From positions 3,634 through 67,633 of the forward strand of contig WJJZ01000001.1 of the NCBI GenBank assembly GCA_014729395.1: DNA of 64,000 nt, read 5' to 3'. The notes under the pieces are model-generated. The model worked only from the letters and a program-made list of their open reading frames with translations. It searched no databases and was not told the DNA's origin. Origin of the DNA: Candidatus Magasanikiibacteriota bacterium. GTDB taxonomy: Bacteria > Patescibacteriota > Patescibacteriia > Magasanikbacterales > UBA922. Below, piece by piece: positions 42,330 through 53,246 of this stretch. Each line of letters begins with the position of its first letter. Position 1 is the first letter of the stretch. The translations under genes were made by a program, and so were the position numbers.

Positions 42330-42653
42330 TTAATCTAAAAATTCACCGCTTTTTTTACTAACCCTTTTCATTTCTTTACCTTCTTTTTTAAAACCAACTC
42401 TGGTTGCCTTATTAATTTTAGGGTCAATCAACATGACATTACTAATATGCAAAGGAGCGGATAACTCAATAATTTGACCCTTCTCAGATCTCTGACTGGG
42501 TCTCATGTGTTTTTTTAATTTATTAATTCCTTCCACCACAACATAAACCTGATTGGTTTTTTTATTTTTCATAACCTGAATAACCTTGCCGGTTTTTCCG
42601 CGATCTTTTCCACTCAATACTTTTACATTGTCACCTGTTTTTATTTTCATCAT
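42330..42653 (-). CDS. rplX: 50S ribosomal protein uL24
   Basis: GDNVKVLSGKDRGKTG, HISNV. Confidence 0.96.
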   Translation of the reverse strand: MMKIKTGDNVKVLSGKDRGKTGKVIQVMKNKKTNQVYVVVEGINKLKKHMRPSQRSEKGQIIELSAPLHISNVMLIDPKINKATRVGFKKEGKEMKRVSKKSGEFLD

Positions 42654-42674
42654 ACTAATATTGTCTGATTCATT

Positions 42675-43046
42675 TTATAAAACCTCCGGTGCCAGAGACA
42701 CAATTTTTCTGAATCCTTTTGTTCTTAATTCTCTGGCAACAGGACCGAATATTCTGGTAGCTTTCGGCTCTTTTGTTTCTTTGTCTATAACAACAGCTGC
42801 ATTTTCATCAAATCTGATATAAGTCCCGTCTTTACGTCTGCTTTCTTTTTTTGTTCTCACAATAACAGCATGGACCACTTCTCCCTTTTTTACAGTTCCT
42901 CTGGGTGCGGCTTCTTTTACAGAACAAGTTACAACATCGCCTATTTTAGCATATCTTTTCCTATATCCTCCCAATACCCTAATACACATAAGCTTTTTAG
43001 CTCCGCTATTGTCTGCAACTTTTAGAATCGATCTATGCTGAATCAT
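42675..43046 (-). CDS. rplN: 50S ribosomal protein uL14
   Basis: [20 protein letters not shown]. Confidence 0.98.
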   Translation of the reverse strand: MIQHRSILKVADNSGAKKLMCIRVLGGYRKRYAKIGDVVTCSVKEAAPRGTVKKGEVVHAVIVRTKKESRRKDGTYIRFDENAAVVIDKETKEPKATRIFGPVARELRTKGFRKIVSLAPEVL

Positions 43047-43057
43047 ATCTTACAAAA

Positions 43058-43327
43058 TTATTTATTTTTTTTAACAATTTTAATTAATCTCCACCTCTTT
43101 GTCTTACTAATCGGTCTGCATTCTTCAAATAATACAATATCACCGACACCGGCCTCTTGTTTTTCATCATGTACGGGATATTTATCATCAACTCTGTACT
43201 GTTTTTCGTATTTGCTATGCCATTTTTTCTTGCTCACCAAAACATTGATTGTTTTGTTTCCCTTTGTTGAAACAACCTCGCCCTGATGCTGTCTTTTAAT
43301 TATTTTTTTGTCGTCGTCTTTTGTCAT
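43058..43327 (-). CDS. rpsQ: 30S ribosomal protein uS17
   Basis: HDE, ECRPISKTKRW. Confidence 0.96.
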   Translation of the reverse strand: MTKDDDKKIIKRQHQGEVVSTKGNKTINVLVSKKKWHSKYEKQYRVDDKYPVHDEKQEAGVGDIVLFEECRPISKTKRWRLIKIVKKNK

Positions 43328-43329
43328 AA

Positions 43330-43581
43330 TTATTTTTTATCTTTTTCATTATTTTCTTTGTTGGTTTCAATCACTTTTTTCTGTTTTTGCTCTCCTCTTT
43401 GTCTCATTTTCAGCATTGTTAAAATTCTTGCAACTGTTTTTTTTGCCTGTTTTATCTTTGACGGATCTTTCAACTGCCTTTCACTGGCTTTGAAGTATAA
43501 CTCACGCACCAGTTCTCTTTTCTCGTGTAGTAAATCCCGTAATTCTTTTTCAGTTTTATATTGTAAATCTTCAAATTCCAT
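43330..43581 (-). CDS. rpmC: 50S ribosomal protein uL29
   Basis: KKTVARILT; operon position. Confidence 0.9.
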   Translation of the reverse strand: MEFEDLQYKTEKELRDLLHEKRELVRELYFKASERQLKDPSKIKQAKKTVARILTMLKMRQRGEQKQKKVIETNKENNEKDKK

Positions 43582-43583
43582 AT

Positions 43584-43997
43584 TTATTGTCTAGTAACAA
43601 ATTTTACTTTAACCGGAAGCTTATGTCCTGCAAGCGTCATAGCTTCTCTGGCTTTTTCTTCGGGAATTCCGCCCATTTCAAACATAACTGTCCCCGGTTT
43701 TACGGTGCAGACATATCTATCAGGCGCGCCTTTACCACCGCCCATAGGTAACTCATTACCCTTTTTTGTAACCGGACGATCGGGAAAAATTCTTATCCAA
43801 ATTTTACCACCTCTTCTAACGTATCTTGTCATTACACGCCTGGCAGCTTCAATTTGCCTGGAACTGACCCATGCATGGCCTAATGATTTTAAGCCATAAG
43901 ATCCGAAAGATACGGTGTTGGTTCTACTGGCTACACCTTTATTTCTTCTTCTCAATTTATGCCATTTTCTATGTTTTACTTTTTTTGGTATCAACAT
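43584..43997 (-). CDS. rplP: 50S ribosomal protein uL16
   Basis: [21 protein letters not shown]. Confidence 0.98.
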   Translation of the reverse strand: MLIPKKVKHRKWHKLRRRNKGVASRTNTVSFGSYGLKSLGHAWVSSRQIEAARRVMTRYVRRGGKIWIRIFPDRPVTKKGNELPMGGGKGAPDRYVCTVKPGTVMFEMGGIPEEKAREAMTLAGHKLPVKVKFVTRQ

Positions 43998-44001
43998 ATC
44001 A

Positions 44002-44712
44002 TTACTTTCTATTCTGCTTATTTATTTTTTTATTACTCTTTTGTTTGTTTTCTTCAGAATCACTGAATTTATCTTTTCTGCCAAACACTTCCCCATGACA
44101 TATCCAAACTTTAATTCCAATCTTTCCATAAATCGTATGTGCCTCAACAAAAGAATAATCAACATCGCTTCTTAGAGTTATTAGCGGTACCGTTCCGGCT
44201 GATAAAACTTCTGTACGAGCTATTTCCACACCATTCAACCGACCGGACATCATAATTTTAACACCCTTGGCTCCTGCTTTCATTACTCTATCTATTCCCT
44301 GTTTCATTACTCTTCTAAAAGGAATACGTCTTTCTATTTCACTGGCCATACTCTGAGCCATTACAGAAGATGATAAAGCCGGTGATCTAACCTCTTTTAT
44401 ATTCAATTTCACTTTTAAAGACATTTGCAAAAATTTCCTTTCGATATGTTTACGAACCATCTCCAAGCCTTGCCCACCGCGTCCAATTATGAAACCGGGT
44501 TTAGCAGCAAATATGGTTATTTTCATATTTTTGGGACCTCGTTCAATTCCAATCGAATCAATATGCGCATCCTTGAATTTTTTCATCAAAAATTCACGGA
44601 TACGAATATCCTGCTCGGAATACTTGGCATATTTATCTTTGCTATACCACTTTGAATCCCATGTATATATTACCTGGGTTCTGTGTATTTTTGGATGCAC
44701 TTTATGTCCCAT
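44002..44712 (-). CDS. rpsC: 30S ribosomal protein uS3 (start MGHKVHP)
   Basis: [22 protein letters not shown]. Confidence 0.97.
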   Translation of the reverse strand: MGHKVHPKIHRTQVIYTWDSKWYSKDKYAKYSEQDIRIREFLMKKFKDAHIDSIGIERGPKNMKITIFAAKPGFIIGRGGQGLEMVRKHIERKFLQMSLKVKLNIKEVRSPALSSSVMAQSMASEIERRIPFRRVMKQGIDRVMKAGAKGVKIMMSGRLNGVEIARTEVLSAGTVPLITLRSDVDYSFVEAHTIYGKIGIKVWICHGEVFGRKDKFSDSEENKQKSNKKINKQNRK

Positions 44713-44757
44713 AAATATTTTATCTTTCTTTAGTACCACTGTACTAGATAGAATTAA

Positions 44758-45237
44758 TTAATTATTTTTTTCTTTGTTATTCTCTTTACTCTCTTTATTC
44801 ACTTTTTTATCTTTCTTCTTATCGCTCTTTTTTTCTTGTTTCTCTTTTTTTTCATCTTTCTTTACATCTTTTTTATCTTTTTTTGATTTTTTTTCTTCAG
44901 CATCTCCCTCTAACACGATTGTTATGTGAGATGTTCTCTTTCTGATAGGGGTCGCTCTACCCATTGCTCTTGGCATCCATCTTTTCAATACCGGCCCACC
45001 ATCGACAAAAGCTTTTTTTATTACTAATGTATCTTTTTTCATTTCATGATTGTGTTCTGCATTTGCAATTGCACTGTTTAAAAGTTTTAAAAGCGGCTTT
45101 GCAGCATCCTTTTTTGAAAACATCAGTTGCTCTATCGCTTTTTCCACTTTCATGCCACGTATAAGATCGGCCAATAGTCTTACTTTTCTTGGTCCTATTC
45201 TTAAAAATCTTAATTTTGCTTGTGTTTGCATTTTCAT
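44758..45237 (-). CDS. rplV: 50S ribosomal protein uL22 with Lys-rich tail
   Basis: PRKVRLLAD, PRAMGRA..IRKRTSHI. Confidence 0.97.
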   Translation of the reverse strand: MKMQTQAKLRFLRIGPRKVRLLADLIRGMKVEKAIEQLMFSKKDAAKPLLKLLNSAIANAEHNHEMKKDTLVIKKAFVDGGPVLKRWMPRAMGRATPIRKRTSHITIVLEGDAEEKKSKKDKKDVKKDEKKEKQEKKSDKKKDKKVNKESKENNKEKNN

Positions 45238-45239
45238 AA

Positions 45240-45530
45240 TTATTGCATTGGTTTACCCTGCTCTTTTGCCATTTTACCACCATGAACAACAAACTTTCTT
45301 GTTGGGGCAAATTCACCTAATTTATGTCCGACCATGTTTTCTTCTATAAATACATTTAAAAAATCCTTACCATTGTGAACCAAAAAAGTCATACCAACCA
45401 TTTCAGGTGTAATTGTGCTTGCTCTGGCCCATGTTTTAATGGGTTTTCGATCACCTGAATTTTTTGCCTTCTCCACCTTTTTCATCAATTTTTCATCTAC
45501 AAAAGGTCCTTTTTTTAAACTTCTTGACAT
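45240..45530 (-). CDS. rpsS: 30S ribosomal protein uS19
   Basis: [23 protein letters not shown]. Confidence 0.98.
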   Translation of the reverse strand: MSRSLKKGPFVDEKLMKKVEKAKNSGDRKPIKTWARASTITPEMVGMTFLVHNGKDFLNVFIEENMVGHKLGEFAPTRKFVVHGGKMAKEQGKPMQ

Positions 45531-45537
45531 ATTAACA

Positions 45538-45657
45538 TTGATTTATACAGAGTATCGTTGATTACACGGATTTATGTGGATCATTTCAAACCCTGAACTT
45601 GTTTAATCCACACAAATCTGTGTAATCTGTGATTTAATCTGTGTAATCTGTGATTTA
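45538..45657. repeat. Short-period array (AATCTGTGT / AATCTGTGATTT) with inverted degenerate partner
   Basis: aatctgtgtaatctgtgatttaatctgtgtaatctgtgattta. Confidence 0.75.
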
Positions 45658-46503
45658 TTTTTTTCTTTTCTTCTTTCTGGGGGATAGAATAAATTTATTG
45701 CTCCATTTTTTCTTATTTCTACTTTTAACACCAAGAGCTTTCTTTCCCCACTTTGTTTTTGGTCCACCACGTAACCCAATCGGAGAATGGCCTTCACCAC
45801 CGCCATGGGGATGATCAACCGGATTCATATTCTTACCCTTAACTGTCGGTCTCCAACCTAATTTTCTTTTTCTACCCGCTTTACCAAGCCTCACCAGCTT
45901 GTGATCGGGATTACTTACTTTGCCCACTGTGGCCATACATTCCTTACTTATCAGTCTAACCTCTCCGGAAGGTAATTTCAACTGTGCGTACTTACCCTCT
46001 ACAACTTGCAACTGAGCTCCATTTCCCGCTCCTCGAACAATTTGTCCGCCGTTTCCGGGGTTTAATTCCACATTATATACAAACATACCAACCGGTATAT
46101 GCTTTAAAGGCATTCTTACACCCAATTCTGCTTCAATCTTTTTTTCTGAACTAATAACTTTGTTCCCAACCTTCATCCCTTCAGCTGCTAAAATATAACT
46201 CTTATTTCCATTTTCATATTTTATCAGGGCAATTCTTGCACCCCTGTTTGGGTCATACTCAATCGACTCAACTATTGCCGGAATATCAAAAATATTACGT
46301 TTAAAATCAATTTTACGATATAATCTTTTTACACCACCACCACGATGCCTAACGGTAATTTTACCCATATTATTTCTTCCGGCCTTTTTCTTTATCGGCG
46401 CAACCAGGGACTTATCCGGTCTTTTTTTTGTTATATCAGAAAAATCCTCAACACTTGCTTTACGTCGTCCGGGTGTGGTTGGTTTGTATTTCTTTACTGC
46501 CAT
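45655..46503 (-). CDS. rplB: 50S ribosomal protein uL2
   Basis: IEYDPNR, MNPVDHPHGGGEG. Confidence 0.98.
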   Translation of the reverse strand: MAVKKYKPTTPGRRKASVEDFSDITKKRPDKSLVAPIKKKAGRNNMGKITVRHRGGGVKRLYRKIDFKRNIFDIPAIVESIEYDPNRGARIALIKYENGNKSYILAAEGMKVGNKVISSEKKIEAELGVRMPLKHIPVGMFVYNVELNPGNGGQIVRGAGNGAQLQVVEGKYAQLKLPSGEVRLISKECMATVGKVSNPDHKLVRLGKAGRKRKLGWRPTVKGKNMNPVDHPHGGGEGHSPIGLRGGPKTKWGKKALGVKSRNKKKWSNKFILSPRKKKRKK

Positions 46504-46521
46504 ATTATATTAAACAATACT

Positions 46522-47004
46522 TTATACACCTTCATGAATATTTATGCTTTGTCCTTCAGCTAATGTTATAATAGCTTTTTTCCAATCACTTCTTTTTCCG
46601 GAATATCTTCCAAATCTAACCGTCTTTCCTTCCATATTCATTACTCTTACTTTCTTGGGGGTTATTCCGTATATTTGTTCGATTGCTCTTTTAATATCAA
46701 ACTTGTTAGCTGTTCTATGGACTACAAAAGTATAAACACCTTTTGATTCCAAACCGGCGGCCTTTTCGCTTATTACAGGTCTAATCAAAATTTTATAGGC
46801 GTTTCCTTTTTTGGATTTCTTTACGGTTTTTTTCTTCGCTGTTTTTTTGCTTTTTTTCTGATCAGTCGGCTTACTAGACTTTGTCTTTGTGTGTTCTTTT
46901 TTCTTAGAGGCAACTTTTTTCTCAACCTCTTTTTTAGAACCGTCTTCAACTTCCTCCAACTGTCTTTTTTTTAATTTCTTTGTCCACTTATTTAAAAAAC
47001 TCAT
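46522..47004 (-). CDS. rplW: 50S ribosomal protein uL23 with ~65-aa Lys-rich N-terminal extension
   Basis: PVISEK, YTFVV..ANK, WKKAIITL. Confidence 0.95.
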   Translation of the reverse strand: MSFLNKWTKKLKKRQLEEVEDGSKKEVEKKVASKKKEHTKTKSSKPTDQKKSKKTAKKKTVKKSKKGNAYKILIRPVISEKAAGLESKGVYTFVVHRTANKFDIKRAIEQIYGITPKKVRVMNMEGKTVRFGRYSGKRSDWKKAIITLAEGQSINIHEGV

Positions 47005-47006
47005 AC

Positions 47007-47648
47007 TTACTTATTATTTTTTTCTGAAAATCTTTCCTCTAAAACTTTTACAGCTTTTTTGTCCAAAATTAAATATTGATGATGCAATAAATCAATTATA
47101 TTTACATCCTGAACTCTTTTTACTTCAATATTCGGGATATTTCTTACAGATCTTATTAATTTTTCATCCTTTTTATCAACTAAAATCGCAGTCTTTTTTC
47201 CGACAGAAGGTAACTTATTCAGTACATCAGCTACAGTCTTTGTCTTTCCGTCAAATTTAATCTGTTCCATTATAATCAATTTATCATTCGACACTTTATC
47301 TGACAGACACATCCTGGTAGCAATACTTTTTAATTTTCTATTTATTTTTTTCTTAAAATTTCTGGCTTTTAACGGACCAAAAGTCACACCACCACCAGAC
47401 CACAAAGGAGACCTGATTGAACCATGTCTGGCTCTACCGGTACCTTTTTGCCTCCACGGTTTTCTACCACCACCACGCACTTCAGACCTATCTTTGGCGT
47501 GAGCTAATTTTTGACGTCTATTTGACATGGCTGCAGAATAAACCTGATGTACTACCAACTCTTTTACTTTCTGACCAAAAACAAAATCGCTAAGCTTAAC
47601 ACTTCCTTTTTCATTTCCCTCTAGATTGTAAATCTTAACTTCTGCCAT
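47007..47648 (-). CDS. rplD: 50S ribosomal protein uL4
   Basis: KPWRQKGTGRARHGS. Confidence 0.98.
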   Translation of the reverse strand: MAEVKIYNLEGNEKGSVKLSDFVFGQKVKELVVHQVYSAAMSNRRQKLAHAKDRSEVRGGGRKPWRQKGTGRARHGSIRSPLWSGGGVTFGPLKARNFKKKINRKLKSIATRMCLSDKVSNDKLIIMEQIKFDGKTKTVADVLNKLPSVGKKTAILVDKKDEKLIRSVRNIPNIEVKRVQDVNIIDLLHHQYLILDKKAVKVLEERFSEKNNK

Positions 47649-47657
47649 AACATTTAT

Positions 47658-48578
47658 TTATTTGTCTTGTTTTTGTTCAGATGTACTTTCATTCTTCTTA
47701 TCACCTTTATCTTTGTTGGCTGTTTCATCTTTTTTATCGTTTTTTTCTTCTTTTTTATCAGTATTACCCTCTTTTGGTTTTATTTCTTTTTCTTTTTTTG
47801 AGCCATCATCCTCTTTTTTATTTTCTTTACTGTCTTTACTATCTTTGGCTTCTTTTTTATTATTGTCTTGACTTTCATCATTGCTTTTATCTATATCCTT
47901 TTTTTCTTTGGAACTTGTCGCTTTTTCTTCCTCTTTTTGTATTTCAATCTCACCTTCACCGGTACTGATTACCAATAAAGAACCGCGAGCACCGGGCAAA
48001 GCTCCTTTTATCATCAACTCATCTTCTTCCGGATGAACTTCTATAATTTCCAAGTTTTTAACGGTCACTCTATTATCTCCCATGTGTCCAGGCATCCTTT
48101 TTCCTTTGAAGACTCTCGCAGGATCTGTTGCACCAATACTACCCGGCATCCTTAATTGATCTTTATGACCATGACTGGCCGGTGAACCGGCAAAACGATG
48201 TCTTTTAACCACACCTTGGAAACCATGTCCTTTTGCATACCCCATTACAGCCACTTTTTCACCCGGACTAAAAATTCCTACACCAAACTTATCACCCACC
48301 TTTAGCTTGTTTTCGGCATCAACCGTAAAATCTTTCAGATACCTCACAGTTTTATCGCCTTTACTGACTGCCTTAAGATGATTTTTTTGAGACTTGTTTA
48401 ATCTAAATACTTTTTGTTCGCCAAACCCAACTTGAACGGCATTCTTTGCGTCTTTTTCTTTACTTTTTACCTGTGTAATCACACAAGGTCCGGCTTTTAC
48501 TCGAGTAACAGGAACAACATTCCCGTCATCTTTGAAAACCTGAGTCATTTCCATTTTTTTTCCCAAAATAAATTTCAT
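47658..48578 (-). CDS. rplC: 50S ribosomal protein uL3 with ~95-aa Lys/Asp/Glu tail
   Basis: KGHGFQGVVKRH, PGSIG, KRMPGHMG. Confidence 0.98.
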   Translation of the reverse strand: MKFILGKKMEMTQVFKDDGNVVPVTRVKAGPCVITQVKSKEKDAKNAVQVGFGEQKVFRLNKSQKNHLKAVSKGDKTVRYLKDFTVDAENKLKVGDKFGVGIFSPGEKVAVMGYAKGHGFQGVVKRHRFAGSPASHGHKDQLRMPGSIGATDPARVFKGKRMPGHMGDNRVTVKNLEIIEVHPEEDELMIKGALPGARGSLLVISTGEGEIEIQKEEEKATSSKEKKDIDKSNDESQDNNKKEAKDSKDSKENKKEDDGSKKEKEIKPKEGNTDKKEEKNDKKDETANKDKGDKKNESTSEQKQDK

Positions 48579-48600
48579 ATAAATCTAGTTTGTTAGATTC

Positions 48601-48831
48601 AAAAAACTAGAAGGAAGTACTAATAAATATCTAATAATCCATTAGAATTTCCTTCTAGCCTTTTTCTGCTTTCCGCAGTAGGCTGTATATTGTGTAAAAT
48701 TTTTACAAATTATCACCTCTTGATTATTCGTCAAATGCGGCAGATGTTTTCTCTAATTTTAGAGATCTTATCTGCTTTAAATGCGAATAATATAACGGGC
48801 TTATTTTAATGCAATTTGAAAATTATGTCAA
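48601..48831 (-). promoter_or_regulatory. Internal promoter and structured leader upstream of rplC
   Basis: TTGACA-17-TAAAAT (48803-48831); terminator-like GGCTAGAAGGAA..TTCCTTCTAGTTTTTT. Confidence 0.55.
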
Positions 48832-48838
48832 GAGCTAA

Positions 48839-49222
48839 TTAAGACATTTTTATCTCTACATCCACACCACTTGGCAAATTTAGATTCATTAGCGCATCGA
48901 TTGCCTTTGGGTTGGGATTCAAAATATCGATTAACCTCTTATGCGTTCTCATCTCATACTGTTCGGATGAAGTTTTATGCACAAAAGTTGACCGATTTAC
49001 ACTGAATTTATTTTTCTCGGTTGGCAATGGAACAGGCCCTACCACCTTGGCATTATTTCTTTCTGCCGTTTCGATAATTGTTTTCGTAGCTTGATCAATT
49101 ATTTTATGATCATAAGCTCTGATTTTTATACGAATCTTTTGTCCGATTTCCGGTTTCTTTGCCGTTGTTTGTGTGTCTGCTTTTTTTGTATCAGTTTTTT
49201 TGCTCTTTGTTGTCGTTGTCAT
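48839..49222 (-). CDS. rpsJ: 30S ribosomal protein uS10 with N-terminal extension
   Basis: [27 protein letters not shown]. Confidence 0.97.
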   Translation of the reverse strand: MTTTTKSKKTDTKKADTQTTAKKPEIGQKIRIKIRAYDHKIIDQATKTIIETAERNNAKVVGPVPLPTEKNKFSVNRSTFVHKTSSEQYEMRTHKRLIDILNPNPKAIDALMNLNLPSGVDVEIKMS

Positions 49223-49283
49223 AATTTATAATCCCTTTAAAGAACAACCCCGCCTCTCTCAAGAGACGGGGTCTGTTTAAATT

Positions 49284-50474
49284 TTAATTAATAATTTTTG
49301 TAACCACACCTGCACCAACAGTTCTTCCGCCTTCACGAATAGCGAATCTCATTTTTTCTTCCATTGCAACAGGTACGATTAACTTAATCTTGATGTTTAC
49401 AGTGTCACCAGGCATGACCATTTCAGTACCTTCCGGTAGTGTGACTTCTCCGGTTACATCTGTAGTTCTGATATAAAACTGAGGTTTATATCCATTAAAA
49501 AATGGTTTGTGTCTACCACCTTCTTCTTTGGTAAGAGCATATACTTCTGCTTCAAATTCAGTATGCGGAGTAATAGTACCCGGTTTAGCAAGAACCTGAC
49601 CTCTTTCAACATCATCCTTTTTGGTACCTCTTAAGAGAATACCGGCATTATCTCCGGCCTGACCTTGGTCAAGACTCTTGTTAAACATTTCCACTCCGGT
49701 GACAGTGGTCTTGGTAGTATCTCTTCCCATTCCAACAATCTCTATTTCTTCCCCAACTTTTACAACACCTCTGTCTATACGACCAGTGACAACAGTACCT
49801 CTACCTTCAATAGAAAAGACATCTTCAATAGGCATCAAGAAATCTTTGTCCAGATCTCTTTCCGGTTCAGGAATATATTCATCCAATTTATTTAGCAATT
49901 CCATAATTGGTTTACTTGCCTCTTCATCTCCCGGATTTTCCAAGGCTTTCAGGGCTGAACCGCGAATTATCGGGGTAGTATCCCCAGGGAATTCGTATTT
50001 CTTTAATAGATCTTTGATCTCTTCTTCAACCAAATCTATTAATTCCGGGTCACTAACCTGATCGACTTTATTTAAAAATACCACAATATAAGGAACACCA
50101 ACTTGTCTGGCAAGCAGGATATGTTCTCTGGTTTGAGGCATAGGACCATCGGCGGCAGAGACCACCATAATCGCACCGTCCATTTGTGCTGCACCTGTAA
50201 TCATGTTTTTTACGTAGTCCGCATGTCCGGGACAGTCTACGTGAGCATAGTGACGTTTTTCAGTTTCATACTCAACATGAGCGGTAGCAATTGTAATGCC
50301 ACGCTCTTTTTCCTCCGGAGCGGCATCGATCTCATCAACTCCTTTTGTTTGAGCTGATAAACCATGCGCTTCTGCAACTTTTAAAATTGCAGCCGTAAGA
50401 GTCGTTTTACCATGGTCAACGTGACCAATAGTACCAACGTTAACGTGTGGCTTTGTTCTTTGAAAATCTGCCAT
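49284..50474 (-). CDS. tuf: Elongation factor Tu
   Basis: [35 protein letters not shown]. Confidence 0.99.
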   Translation of the reverse strand: MADFQRTKPHVNVGTIGHVDHGKTTLTAAILKVAEAHGLSAQTKGVDEIDAAPEEKERGITIATAHVEYETEKRHYAHVDCPGHADYVKNMITGAAQMDGAIMVVSAADGPMPQTREHILLARQVGVPYIVVFLNKVDQVSDPELIDLVEEEIKDLLKKYEFPGDTTPIIRGSALKALENPGDEEASKPIMELLNKLDEYIPEPERDLDKDFLMPIEDVFSIEGRGTVVTGRIDRGVVKVGEEIEIVGMGRDTTKTTVTGVEMFNKSLDQGQAGDNAGILLRGTKKDDVERGQVLAKPGTITPHTEFEAEVYALTKEEGGRHKPFFNGYKPQFYIRTTDVTGEVTLPEGTEMVMPGDTVNIKIKLIVPVAMEEKMRFAIREGGRTVGAGVVTKIIN

Positions 50475-50604
50475 ACTATTAACTTATGTCCGCACTATTT
50501 CCGAGTGGTCGGAATAGATTTGTAACCCAGCGGTAATAATTTATTTAAATTTAGTAAATTTATTACATTTATGTAATAAAAATAGACGCTTTTAAAGCGC
50601 CTTG

Positions 50605-50633
50605 ATTATATACTAATTCAAAAAATTCGTCAA
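50605..50633 (-). promoter_or_regulatory. Sigma70 promoter for tuf
   Basis: TTGACG-17-TATAAT. Confidence 0.65.
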
Positions 50634-50668
50634 GGGATAGCCTTTGGATAACCTGCGGATAAATACGA

Positions 50669-50850
50669 CACGGATTTTCGTATAAATTCAGATTTACGGA
50701 TCGTTGAATTATGAACCAATGGAATATTTAGATATACTTTAATATAAAAAAATAATCCTTTGTTTGTTAATGATATACTGGACTAATACCAATCTATCCG
50801 AAAATCCGCACCTGCCTGCCGGCAGGCAGGTTATCCGTATATCCGCATTA
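50669..50850. repeat. MITE-like element copy D with 20-bp palindrome insert (50811-50830)
   Basis: tatccgaaaatccgca[cctgcctgccggcaggcagg]ttatccgtatatccgcatta. Confidence 0.75.
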
Positions 50851-51318
50851 TTAAATAGGTTCCTCTAAAAAAACCGGATCCTCATCAGGTAAAGGTTCTT
50901 CTTCCCATTCATCAACCGGACCTTGGTCTGATTTATTTTCAATATCATCATAGTGAATGTCCTGATCACCAACACTCTGATCCGCTTGATCGACTGATTT
51001 ATAAAGCTCTGATTCATCGCCGGATGGTAAATCGCTGAAATTTTCAAAAACATTTTCATCACCTTGACTTTCCATTTCAGGTATATCGTATTTATCTCCA
51101 AGAACATCACCCGCTCGATGCCAGTCATCATCAGAATCTAAATCATAGTCATTTTCAAATCCTTCAAACAAAAAATCGTTATCATAAGATTGAACCATGG
51201 CTTCATAATCATCAAAATCCATAATTACAAAACCTGTATCATTTTGTGAATCATGAATTATTAACCTGTCACCGGTTTTTTTTATTAAATTTATGTATCT
51301 GTCTATATTATTATTCAT
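50851..51318 (-). CDS. Acidic hypothetical protein (likely start MNNNIDRY)
   Basis: INLIKKTGDRLII..FVIMDFDDYE N-terminus, acidic tail ending FLEEPI. Confidence 0.7.
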   Translation of the reverse strand: MNNNIDRYINLIKKTGDRLIIHDSQNDTGFVIMDFDDYEAMVQSYDNDFLFEGFENDYDLDSDDDWHRAGDVLGDKYDIPEMESQGDENVFENFSDLPSGDESELYKSVDQADQSVGDQDIHYDDIENKSDQGPVDEWEEEPLPDEDPVFLEEPI

Positions 51319-51440
51319 AAAAAATATATTAATTATTATAGCATTATACCTATATATCATTGCACAAGTCAATATCGATAAAATATGAAAAATATAAAAA
51401 AAATATAAAAAAACGAATATCAAAAATAAATATTTATATC

Positions 51441-51465
51441 AAAAAAACCGCTATATAGCGGTTTT
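51441..51465 (-). terminator. Intrinsic terminator downstream of 16S
   Basis: AAAACCGCTA-TA-TAGCGGTTTTTTT. Confidence 0.7.
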
Positions 51466-51526
51466 CCATTAAATCAAAATCTAATCCTCCTCCACCCTCA
51501 CTTAGTTCGGGTTTCGGCGGACATGT

Positions 51527-51610
51527 AAAAACTTCACATCAAAAACGTGACCCGCCTTCGTCCTTTGGACTTCGGCGAGGCAGGCAAAAACTTCACATCA
51601 AAAACGTGAC
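51527..51610. repeat. 25-bp direct repeat flanking a 34-bp REP-like hairpin in the 16S trailer
   Basis: aaaaacttcacatcaaaaacgtgac at 51527-51551 and 51586-51610. Confidence 0.8.
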
Positions 51611-51686
51611 AAAAACCAGGTCTATTCCCTCTATATAAAAATATAGAGTCAACGGAAATATCTGCCTTCCGACAGAATAACTCCAG

Positions 51687-53181
51687 AAAGGAGGTGATCC
51701 ATCCACAGCTTCCGCTACGGATGCCTTGTTACGACTTCACCCTGATCACTGATCCTGCCTTCGTCCCAAAATTGAGCCTTCGGGCATTACCAGCTTTCGT
51801 GGTGTGACGGGCGGTGAGTACAAGACCCGAGAACGTATTCAACGCGCCGTGGCTGATGCGCGTTTACTAGCGATTCCAACTTCATGAAGGCGAATTGCAG
51901 CCTTCAATCCGAACTGAGACCGGTTTTGTGGGATTAGCTCCACCTTGCGGCTTGGCTGCCCATTGTACCGGCCATTGTATCATGTGTGTAGCCCTGGACG
52001 TAAGAGCCATGCTGATTTGACGTCGTCCCCACCTTCCTCCTCGTTGCCAAGGCAGTCTCCTGTGTACATTTAACACAGAATGGGGGTTGCGCTCGTTACC
52101 CGACTTAACGGTACACCTCACGGCACGAGCTGACGGCAACCATGCAGCACCTGTGTAGCACCCTCGAAGGCGGCCTCTATTTCTAGAGGCTTGCAGCTAC
52201 ATGTCAAGTCCAGGTAAGGTTCGCCGCGTATCATCGAATTAAACCACATGATCCACCGCTTGTGCGGGTCCCCGTCTATTCCTTTGAGTTTTAATCTTGC
52301 GATCGTACTCCCCAGGCGGCGCACTTAACGCGTTAGCTTTTTTTAAGCGGCACTGAGAGGGTCGATACTCTCAATACCTAGTGCGCATCGTTTACAGCGT
52401 GGACTACTGGGGTATCTAATCCCATTCGCTACCCACGCTTTCGTCCATGAGTGTCAGGCACGTTCTAGCAAGCTGCCTTCGCCTTTGGTGTTCCTATCGA
52501 TATCAGCGCTTATTACGACTACACCGATAGTTCCGCTTGCCTCTTCCGGCCTCTAGCCTACCAGTATTAATGGCAGTCTCGGAGTTAAGCCCCGAGATTT
52601 GACCATTAACTTATGTAGGCCACCTGCGGACCCTTTACGCCCAATAAATCCGGACAACGTTTGGGGTCTCTGTATTACCGAGGCTTCTGGCACAGAGTTA
52701 GCCACCCCTTATTCCTCAGGTACCGTCACGAATTCTTCCCTGAGAAAAGCAGTTTACACCCCGAAGGGCGTCTTCCTGCACGCGGCGTCGCTCCATCACC
52801 CTTTCGGGCATTGTGGAATATTCTTGACTGCAGCCTCCCGTAGGAGTCTGGGCAGTGTCTCAGTCCCAGTGAGGCAGGTCACGCTCTCACGCCTGCTACT
52901 GATCATTGCCTTGGTAGGCCATTACCCTACCAACAAGCTAATCAGACATAGGCCCCTCTTTGAGCCCCGGAGGATTTATTCTATTCTCTTGAGAAAATAG
53001 AAACTATCGGGTATTAATCCCTGTTTCCAAGGGCTATCCCCGTCTCAAAGGTAGGTTACCAGTGTGTTACTCACCCGTTTGCCGGTCCGTATCCCAACCG
53101 AAGCTGGGCCGATCCCTCGACTTGCATGCCTTAGACACGCCGCCAACGTTCGTCCTGAGCCAGGATCAAACTCTCAATTAA
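51687..53181 (-). rRNA. rrs: 16S rRNA, standalone (no adjacent 23S or ITS tRNA); ends approximate
   Basis: AGAGTTTGATCCTGGCTCAG, ATTAGATACCC, AAGTCGTAACAAGG, GGATCACCTCCTTT. Confidence 0.99.
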
Positions 53182-53204
53182 GATGAGCTAAGCGAGTCTT
53201 AATT

Positions 53205-53246
53205 GACCCTGAGCGAGTTCCGACGAAGTCGGAACGAGCCGAAGGG
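53205..53246. repeat. REP-like palindrome in the 16S leader (same family as 27163-27212)
   Basis: gaccctgagcgagttccgacgaagtcggaacgagccgaaggg. Confidence 0.7.

Noticed and set aside
51527-51610. Two 25-bp direct repeats with a 34-bp spacer, CRISPR-like
   Set aside because: Only two units, the spacer is itself a REP-like hairpin, the repeat is part of the 16S processing stalk, and there are no cas genes
51882-53000. ORFs listed inside the 16S region
   Set aside because: Spurious frames over rRNA
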